A DNA stretch of 18,914 nt from Bdellovibrionota bacterium. GTDB lineage: Bacteria > Bdellovibrionota_C > UBA2361 > OMIW01. Of this stretch, positions 1 to 6,467 are shown piece by piece; within the stretch, counting starts at the first letter, position 1; every line of letters begins with the position of its first letter. The DNA is taken from the NCBI GenBank assembly GCA_044345055.1, contig JBIJBT010000055.1:1-18914 (forward strand), in the 5' to 3' direction. A model generated the notes under the pieces. The model saw only the letters and a list, made by a program, of their open reading frames with translations, ran no database searches and had not been told where the DNA came from. A program made the translations under genes and the position numbers.

Positions 1-1185
1 AAGCGGGTGCGTATGCGACGCATCGCTGACTCAATTGCAAGTTGGTACACACCATTTGGACTTATTGTTGCAATTCTTGCCTGGAGCCTTTCAGGAGATC
101 CAACCCGTTTTCTTTCAGTGCTCGTTGTTGCTACTCCCTGCCCGCTCATTATAGGGATTCCAGTTGCAATTATTGGAGCGATATCATCTGCGGCTAGAAA
201 AGGAATAATTATTCGAGATCCTGCATCCCTTGAGGCTGCCTCCACATGTTCCGCGATGATTCTGGATAAAACTGGGACTCTTACCATAGGTAAGCCACAG
301 GTCACATCCCTCAAGCTTTTTGGTGGTTGGAATGAAAACGAACTTCTTCCGCTGCTTTTATCAGCTGAGCGATACTCAAAGCACCCACTCGCAACCGCTA
401 TCGTCGCCTACGCAGAGCTGAAAGGATGTGCGCCACAGAATGTCACTACCGTTGAGGAGCAGCCAGGTAGAGGACTGGTAGCTACTATTGATGGCCACAC
501 AATCGAGATAGGTCAATGGTCTCTCTTGGCAGCGGCGGGGGCTGCAGTTTCTGAGCAGCCTCAGGGTCCTTCGTGTAGCGTAATAGTTAATGGGGCTCCA
601 GCTGCACTATTAACGTTTCGTGATATTCCTCGCCGCGAGAGTCGCCCCTTTGTGGAACATCTTGCCGCTCATCACGGAATTAGAAACGTCATGATGCTCT
701 CTGGCGATCGGGATACAGAGGCTCAATATTTGGCCTCACAGGTTGGCATAACAAACGCTCGAGGCGGCCTATCCCCCGAGGAAAAGCTCTCAACGCTTCA
801 GGAAGTAATGGCCAAAGAGCACACAATATTTATTGGTGATGGAATCAATGATGCCCCGTCACTCCAGGCGGCAACGGTCGGAATCGGACTTGGCACAAAG
901 AGCGACATCATTGGCGAGAGTGCGGATGTTATCATTCTCGAACCCTCGCTCGAACGGGTCGACGCGTTTCTTCATCTTTCCCGCCGCGTGCGAAAAATCG
1001 CGCTTCAAACCGGATTAGGCGGAATTGCGCTTAGTATTATCGGAATGGGCGCTGCCGCCGCTGGTTTCCTTCCACCTGTTATCGGAGCGTGTGTTCAGGA
1101 GGGAATAGATCTTCTCTCTATACTCAACGCCCTTAGAACGACCGCTCCTGCAATGACTCAAGGCGACACGTTTAGCGTTGATTAG
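1..1185 (+). CDS. Heavy-metal translocating P1B-type ATPase, 5'-truncated by window edge; P1B-5 signature
   Basis: Frame is open from base 1. Contains DKTGTLT phosphorylation motif, TPCP in the metal-site helix, SKHPLA (HP motif), MLSGD, GDGINDAP hinge, and QEGID in the last TM helix. Confidence 0.95.
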   Translation, partial: KRVRMRRIADSIASWYTPFGLIVAILAWSLSGDPTRFLSVLVVATPCPLIIGIPVAIIGAISSAARKGIIIRDPASLEAASTCSAMILDKTGTLTIGKPQVTSLKLFGGWNENELLPLLLSAERYSKHPLATAIVAYAELKGCAPQNVTTVEEQPGRGLVATIDGHTIEIGQWSLLAAAGAAVSEQPQGPSCSVIVNGAPAALLTFRDIPRRESRPFVEHLAAHHGIRNVMMLSGDRDTEAQYLASQVGITNARGGLSPEEKLSTLQEVMAKEHTIFIGDGINDAPSLQAATVGIGLGTKSDIIGESADVIILEPSLERVDAFLHLSRRVRKIALQTGLGGIALSIIGMGAAAAGFLPPVIGACVQEGIDLLSILNALRTTAPAMTQGDTFSVD

Positions 1186-1225
1186 GCTGGTGTTGAACAG
1201 GATAATTTTGAACAGGCGAGAGATT

Positions 1226-1259
1226 CCGAGGCAGAGTGCTTGCCTCGGTCCATCTTTTC
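1226..1259. terminator. Probable terminator hairpin between the convergent ATPase and aminotransferase genes
   Basis: Perfect 8-bp stem CCGAGGCA (1226-1233) / TGCCTCGG (1241-1248) with a 7-nt loop, followed on + by TCCATCTTTTC (weak U-tract). Confidence 0.5.
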
Positions 1260-1275
1260 ATACTTTCAATGCAGC

Positions 1276-2505
1276 TTAGTCGAGCCGATCATTTATAAGT
1301 CGCTGTTCCAACGCATCAAAGACCTCTTCTTCATTCGCAAAATCAGCTGTTCCTATCTCAAATGTCATTGAGAATCTGAGAAACGGACCGACCTCATCCC
1401 ACGGAACCGTAATAAGTCCATACCGTGAAACCAGGATATCAGCCATCTGTTGTGCAGAAGTGATCGACCCCCCCCGAAACTGTTCCGGAACCTTTACATA
1501 TAGATAAAACGTTCCTGGCGAGGTGTGCGCATCGAAACCAGCCTTTCTTAAGATTTCACTCGCTCTATTCATTCTCCGGAGATATTTTTCGCGATTTGCC
1601 GATACGAAATTTTTGCTCTCATCAAGAGCAAAAATACCCGCCTTCTGAATCGCGATAAATTGACCATTATCAGTGTTGTCCTTTACGAGCGAAAACGCCT
1701 TCATGAGGGGAGCACCCCCCGCGACAAAGCCCAATCGATACCCCTGCATGTTGTAACTCTTAGAGAGTGAGTACATCTCAAGAGAAACATCTTTCCCGCC
1801 ATCAACCTGAAGTGGAGAGGCAAAACCTCCCTCAAATACAAAATCAGCGTAAGCCGCATCCTGCACAATCAAGAAACAATACTTATGGGCAAGTTCGACA
1901 ACTTTTTCAAAGAAACTTCTTGATGCAACACCACCCGTTGGGTTGTTTGGATAATTTAAGAGAAGCATTTTCGGTCGATGTTTTTGCACCGTTTCTTCGA
2001 GCTGAACAAGGTCAGGTACAAAGCCAAGCCGCTCCTCGAGCGGAACCTCAACGATGCGAGCACCCAGCCAAGATGCTACCCGTGGAAGAACGGGATAACC
2101 GGGAGTTGTCGTGATTACTGTATCTCCTGGATCGACAAAAGCGATTGGAATTTGAGCAAGTGCTGTTTTTGTTCCAACACAGTGCATAACTTCGGTCTTA
2201 GGATCGACCGTTATATCGAAGTCCCGCTTCAGATATCTTGCCGCTGCCTCGGCAAAAGGGAGAATACCATTGCATGGGTAAATGCGATTTTCCTTTACTT
2301 TCGCTTCCCGATAGAGTCGATCGATGATCCCTACATCTGGAATCTCCTCGGGCTCCCCTACCCCCATATCTATTACCTTTGTCCCAGGGTTCCTCGCGAT
2401 GAACTCTAACTTAGCGTTGTTGATGAGGGTGAATTTAAAGGTTTGCTGAACCTTTCCAAATTCCTCTCCACCAATCCGCTGCGCAAAAAGTTTCTGAACA
2501 TTCAT
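1276..2505 (-). CDS. dapL: PLP-dependent class I/II aminotransferase, most likely LL-diaminopimelate aminotransferase
   Basis: Motifs NYPNNPTG, DAAY, SLSKSYNMQGYRLGF (PLP lysine) and C-terminal LRFSMTF. The N-terminus LFAQRIGGEEFGK...FKF...DMGVGEP matches my recollection of the methanococcal/clostridial-type DapL family. Confidence 0.8.
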   Translation of the reverse strand: MNVQKLFAQRIGGEEFGKVQQTFKFTLINNAKLEFIARNPGTKVIDMGVGEPEEIPDVGIIDRLYREAKVKENRIYPCNGILPFAEAAARYLKRDFDITVDPKTEVMHCVGTKTALAQIPIAFVDPGDTVITTTPGYPVLPRVASWLGARIVEVPLEERLGFVPDLVQLEETVQKHRPKMLLLNYPNNPTGGVASRSFFEKVVELAHKYCFLIVQDAAYADFVFEGGFASPLQVDGGKDVSLEMYSLSKSYNMQGYRLGFVAGGAPLMKAFSLVKDNTDNGQFIAIQKAGIFALDESKNFVSANREKYLRRMNRASEILRKAGFDAHTSPGTFYLYVKVPEQFRGGSITSAQQMADILVSRYGLITVPWDEVGPFLRFSMTFEIGTADFANEEEVFDALEQRLINDRLD

Positions 2506-2582
2506 ATGTACACCGTGCTCTAACCGAACTTCTTTTTAACGTAATCCACCCAATAAGGGATGGATCCTGATCACTGCGAAAA

Positions 2583-2840
2583 TAATTAGTGCTCCCTGAA
2601 AAAGAGTATAAGTACCAAATCTTGCTTTTAAAAATACGATTTTTAAAAGCAAGAAATTGCAACTTTTCAGCAGCTATGCTCATAAAGTTGCAATTTCAGG
2701 GAGCACTCCGGACCAGGAAGGGTCCGGCAAACGTCGATAGACGTTTGGGCGACGCACACAGAATCGCGCTAAAAGCGATTTTGTGTGCTTGGAGCCGCCC
2801 TGAAAAAACCATGGAGGGGTTATTCAGGGCCAACTAATTA
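2583..2840. mobile_element. Candidate MITE-like, hairpin-rich non-autonomous element
   Basis: Ends TAATTAGTGCTCCCTGAAAAA (2583-2603) and reverse-complement TAATTAGTTGGCCCTGAATAA (2840-2820) match 17/21. TAATTA occurs at both 2583-2588 and 2835-2840. At least six internal stem-loops; no transposase. Confidence 0.55.
2620..2654. repeat. Perfect 16-bp inverted repeat with 3-nt loop
   Basis: TCTTGCTTTTAAAAAT-ACG-ATTTTTAAAAGCAAGA. Confidence 0.95.
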
Positions 2841-2924
2841 AGTTGGACTTTATTTTCGGGAAGTCATCCACGATAACCAGCCAATTTATTCTACTAAAAA
2901 CTGATCGATCCGTGGATGAAGAAT

Positions 2925-2953
2925 TTGCGAAATCTCCACCAAGCCTATAGTAT
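2925..2953 (+). promoter_or_regulatory. Putative sigma70 promoter for the omega-amidase gene
   Basis: TTGCGA (2925-2930), 17-bp spacer, TAGTAT (2948-2953); about 35 nt upstream of ATG 2988. Confidence 0.45.
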
Positions 2954-2987
2954 CACGCTCAATTTTCACATCAAGCATGGCGGCAAC

Positions 2988-3794
2988 ATGAAAATAGCTC
3001 TCATTCAAACAGATATCGCATGGAACGATCCCGCCGAGAACGTAATTCGGTGTGAAAAGCTCGCAGAAGACGCAATATCCACAGGCGCGGAAATACTTGT
3101 GTTTCCTGAAATGTTCACCTCGGGATTTTCCTCTCCCACTGGATCTTTAGCGGTACAAAGCGAGCAGGAGGGCCGAAGTTTCTTAAGTCGAATTGCCAGC
3201 ACACATTCGGTATATACGATTGCTTCAATCCCCGAAGTAACCTCTGATGGTGCTCTCTATAATACCGCTGTGACTTTTTCACCTGCTGGTGTAGTAAGCG
3301 AATATCGGAAGATTCACCTTTTTTCTTACGGAGATGAGCACCGAGAATATTCGCCAGGCTCAACTATTTCAACAACAACTCTCTTATCCGCAACCGGAGA
3401 ATCGCTCAGGTGCACCGTCTGCATCTGTTACGACCTGCGATTTGCAGATATTTTTCTTACCCGGGCGCACGAAACTGACATTTTCATAGTAGTCGCCAAT
3501 TGGCCATCATCCCGTCGTGAACACTGGCTAACCCTTCTTCGTGCACGCGCGACTGAAACTCAGAGTTTTATTGCTGGGGTGAATCGGGTTGGTTTTGGGG
3601 GTGGACTTGGGTACACCGGAGACTCGTCGCTCTTTGCTCCAGATGGCACCGAGCTTGCGCTGATCCAAGATAAAGCAACATTTACAACGTTGGATATACA
3701 ACAACAATCAGTAATTGAATGGCGAAAAACATTCCCCGCTCTCCGAGACCGTCGCGAATCGGTATATGAGCAGCTGAGAAAAGGCTCAAATTAA
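2988..3794 (+). CDS. Carbon-nitrogen hydrolase (nitrilase superfamily), omega-amidase YafV/MtnU/Nit2-like
   Basis: Catalytic triad contexts FPEMF (Glu), YRKIHLF (Lys), ICYDLRF (Cys); also ANWP..R..HW..LLRARA and GVNRVG. Start moved from 2916 to ATG 2988 because MKIALIQ is the typical family N-terminus. Confidence 0.92.
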   Translation: MKIALIQTDIAWNDPAENVIRCEKLAEDAISTGAEILVFPEMFTSGFSSPTGSLAVQSEQEGRSFLSRIASTHSVYTIASIPEVTSDGALYNTAVTFSPAGVVSEYRKIHLFSYGDEHREYSPGSTISTTTLLSATGESLRCTVCICYDLRFADIFLTRAHETDIFIVVANWPSSRREHWLTLLRARATETQSFIAGVNRVGFGGGLGYTGDSSLFAPDGTELALIQDKATFTTLDIQQQSVIEWRKTFPALRDRRESVYEQLRKGSN

Positions 3795-3879
3795 TATTGC
3801 ACCTAGAGTGCTAATGATTCGTGATGAATTTACCCACAAAAATAACCTTAATTTTCTGGTAAAGGACCACGCGAATTCA

Positions 3880-5139
3880 TTAATTGGGGGGCGTTAGCGG
3901 AATCGAAGAAATTTCATGTGCTCTGCGCCGATCTCCTCGCTCTTCGGACAACAATCTTTGCCAAGTTGCGATCACCATTGATGCATTTTGCCTCCAGGAG
4001 AACCGCTGCGCCTGAGCGAATCCACGCGCTCGATGTGCCGCACATATTTCGGGATAATCAATAAGGTGACGCATTGATTCAGCCCACGCTGCTGGCTCAT
4101 GCGGCGAAAGAAGGATACCTGCATCACCGACCACCTCGGGAAGTGATGCCGCATTGCTTGCAATGATAGGGCTACCGCGCTCCATAGCCTCTAAAGCGGG
4201 AAAGCCAAACCCCTCGTATAGCGATGGTACAAGGACAGCTGTCGCTGAGCTGTAGAGGCTCGTTAATTCGCCTTTATCGAGAAAGCCCGTAAAGATAACA
4301 TCGCTTATGCCCTGTTTTTGGCAGAGGTCTCGATATGCTTCCTTAAACGGATCATTGAAACTTCCAACGATAACGAGCTGACACCGACGTTGCTGACGAA
4401 CAATTGAAAATGCTTCGAGTGCGAGCGGGAAATTTTTGTGTTTTTCAATTGCTCCAACGATAAGAAAAAAAGGTCCAGTTATTCGAAAGCGCTGGGAAAC
4501 AACGTCCAATGTAGATCGATCGGTGAAGGTGGAGGAAGGAAAATCGCTAAAATTGCGACCGGCAAAAATAGTGGTTACCGTATCGGGATGAACCCCAAGA
4601 AAAGTTACGACATCTCTTTTCGTGCACTCAGAGATACTGAAGAGATGACAGCGATGAGCTGCTACCTGCGCAAGACGGTTTCTATACATCTCGCAAGATC
4701 GAGGATCCCACCGATCGATATGTTGATCGGGAACTTTGAGGGGAATAAGATCGTAAAATATACCTGTCGTAATCGTAGCTGGAGGTCGGCAACGGAGAGG
4801 CGAATCATATCCCGGCAACAATGTGACAAGATCAGGAAGATGCGCGATATCAAATTGCTCTGGCTGAGCCTCATCAATTGTCACGAGACGGCAATGAAAC
4901 TCAGAAGCAAGCTCTCCAACGATCTCTGGAATACTATCCCGATTATCGATCAGAAATGTAGTTCGAAGATTTAATCCAGATTCAAGGATCGCCCGAAGGT
5001 GAGGCAAAACGTAGTGACCAATTCCTCGCTCCGAGAGCTCCGCATAACGAAAAAGGCGCGTATCGACGGCAAGAGTGATGGGCGATTCGGAGTTAGCAAG
5101 CGTGTCTCGACCACACGTATCCTTCGTGAGTGATATCAT
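3880..5139 (-). CDS. GT4 glycosyltransferase (GT-B fold, mannosyltransferase-like)
   Basis: [31 protein letters not shown], and [15 protein letters not shown] (EX7E motif), [11 protein letters not shown]. Confidence 0.92.
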   Translation of the reverse strand: MISLTKDTCGRDTLANSESPITLAVDTRLFRYAELSERGIGHYVLPHLRAILESGLNLRTTFLIDNRDSIPEIVGELASEFHCRLVTIDEAQPEQFDIAHLPDLVTLLPGYDSPLRCRPPATITTGIFYDLIPLKVPDQHIDRWDPRSCEMYRNRLAQVAAHRCHLFSISECTKRDVVTFLGVHPDTVTTIFAGRNFSDFPSSTFTDRSTLDVVSQRFRITGPFFLIVGAIEKHKNFPLALEAFSIVRQQRRCQLVIVGSFNDPFKEAYRDLCQKQGISDVIFTGFLDKGELTSLYSSATAVLVPSLYEGFGFPALEAMERGSPIIASNAASLPEVVGDAGILLSPHEPAAWAESMRHLIDYPEICAAHRARGFAQAQRFSWRQNASMVIATWQRLLSEERGDRRRAHEISSIPLTPPN

Positions 5140-5153
5140 AAATTTCCATCCTG

Positions 5154-6452
5154 CTAGCGCACTACACCATGGCCGCCGTACATCTGGAGAATCATATCAG
5201 TAACCTCGCACGCCTGCGCACACACATCTTCGGTCTTTCCGCCGAAAGTGCTTTCAGCAAATCGTAGAGCATCTTGCGTGTGCCCCGCTCGGCTGAGCTG
5301 CCATATATGGACCAACTGAAGAATCGGACAATCCCTCCACACCTCTGCTGCTTTATTAAGGAGCCGATACCCTATCGTAGAACCCTGAAGCTCGTCATAT
5401 TCGAGACATCCAATCGCAGCAAGGGTAGCTTGTGGTAGAGTAATATTTTCACCACTTAACATTGCTCTCTCTAATGCAATAGCCCCAGCCGCGAGTGCTT
5501 CTAGCCGTAACACTGTTGAGGGTAACTCACGTCTTCCGATAGCTAGGAAGATGTGATTGGTCATCATACTGAGATGGCGATTTCCTGTCCGATTACGGGT
5601 TAACGAAGAGATAGTTGACATCAGAGTTTGCGCTCGGTGATGAGGAAGATGAGCCCGCATAATCTCTTCACGGCCCGCCTCTCCAATCTGCCTGGCCTCC
5701 TCTTTGTGATCGATGTAGTACGCTATCTTGTCAGCTGCCTCGATGTCATCATCAGGTCCGTAGGTCACAAGATGAACAGAATCTGAAAAGAGTTGGAAAA
5801 GTCCGTTACCTATTCTCTCTGTAATAAGAAGCGAGCCTGACATCATCGCCTCGAAAACCCGAAAGTTGAGGTCTTGTTTAACCGTTTGATTAACTATCAT
5901 CCGCGCAGTCGGGAAAATAGTCTGGAATGAGCCGGTGGTTACGGTAATCGGAGAGCGGCTCTTTAATCGGTTGAAAAATTCAACTCTTTTTGGGTTGAGA
6001 GAACGATTTAGGGTACCTACAAAACATGCATCAATCTCTTTATGAGTTGAACCCTCATACTGAACCGAGGCCCACAAAGGCATCCAAGCAACTTTTCCCC
6101 CAAGCCCTTCAAGATATTCGATATAATCAGACTGCGCAGTCCACACTTCGTCAACTGCACCGATAAACTCACGATGGCGTTCGTAGTGATGGTGGGTATC
6201 AACAGAGTAGAAAAATTGGGGGACATCGAGCTCGTCAAGCCCGAATATCGTAAGGGGTGAACTATCATCGAATATCACGATCCGATCCGGCTGGAAACCT
6301 CCGCAGTACTCGGATAGGATCTCGTGAATACTGGATACCCCGTGAGGTATCTCAACATCAAGGTAGGGATACCGACCGACCGAAAGAACCTTATGGCCCG
6401 CCTCACGCCATTCGGAGGCGAACCAATATTGGTTTATTAGAAGTAGGTTCAT
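5154..6452 (-). CDS. CgeB-like / Glyco_trans_1_2 glycosyltransferase with C-terminal helical extension
   Basis: FYSVDTHHH, WMPLWAS, FVGTLN, DLNFRVFEAMMSGSLLIT and RQIGEAGREEIMRAH are typical of this family. Gaps to neighbours are 14-15 bp. Confidence 0.8.
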   Translation of the reverse strand: MNLLLINQYWFASEWREAGHKVLSVGRYPYLDVEIPHGVSSIHEILSEYCGGFQPDRIVIFDDSSPLTIFGLDELDVPQFFYSVDTHHHYERHREFIGAVDEVWTAQSDYIEYLEGLGGKVAWMPLWASVQYEGSTHKEIDACFVGTLNRSLNPKRVEFFNRLKSRSPITVTTGSFQTIFPTARMIVNQTVKQDLNFRVFEAMMSGSLLITERIGNGLFQLFSDSVHLVTYGPDDDIEAADKIAYYIDHKEEARQIGEAGREEIMRAHLPHHRAQTLMSTISSLTRNRTGNRHLSMMTNHIFLAIGRRELPSTVLRLEALAAGAIALERAMLSGENITLPQATLAAIGCLEYDELQGSTIGYRLLNKAAEVWRDCPILQLVHIWQLSRAGHTQDALRFAESTFGGKTEDVCAQACEVTDMILQMYGGHGVVR

Positions 6453-6467
6453 TATAGTACCGCCACC

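Noticed and set aside
1193..1216. TTGAACAGG direct repeat (two copies, 15-bp period)
   Set aside because: Only two short copies, in a 3' convergent region; no function can be supported.
2435..2683. 82-aa minus-strand ORF
   Set aside because: It overlaps the aminotransferase start out of frame, begins within the palindromic element, and has no recognisable protein features.
2583..2919. CRISPR array or integron attC array
   Set aside because: The hairpins differ in sequence from each other, there is no repeat-spacer periodicity or cassette ORFs, and no cas or integrase gene is in the window.
2506..2920. Lysine riboswitch upstream of the dapL-like gene
   Set aside because: The minus strand has GGAGTGCT and GGAGCACT but lacks the AGAGGNGC 5' core and the other conserved L-box motifs; the perfect AT-rich stems are atypical.
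2916..2987. Longer N-terminus of the amidase as given in the ORF track
   Set aside because: The family N-terminus starts at MKIALIQ (2988), and the extension overlaps a plausible promoter.
3797..3814. CIRCE (HrcA operator)
   Set aside because: The right arm GAGTGCTAA (3806-3814) is perfect, but there is no left arm at 9-bp spacing and it lies between convergent 3' ends.
4438..4974. 178-aa + strand ORF and the other short ORFs nested within long genes
   Set aside because: They fully overlap well-supported CDSs on the opposite strand or in another frame and show no motifs.
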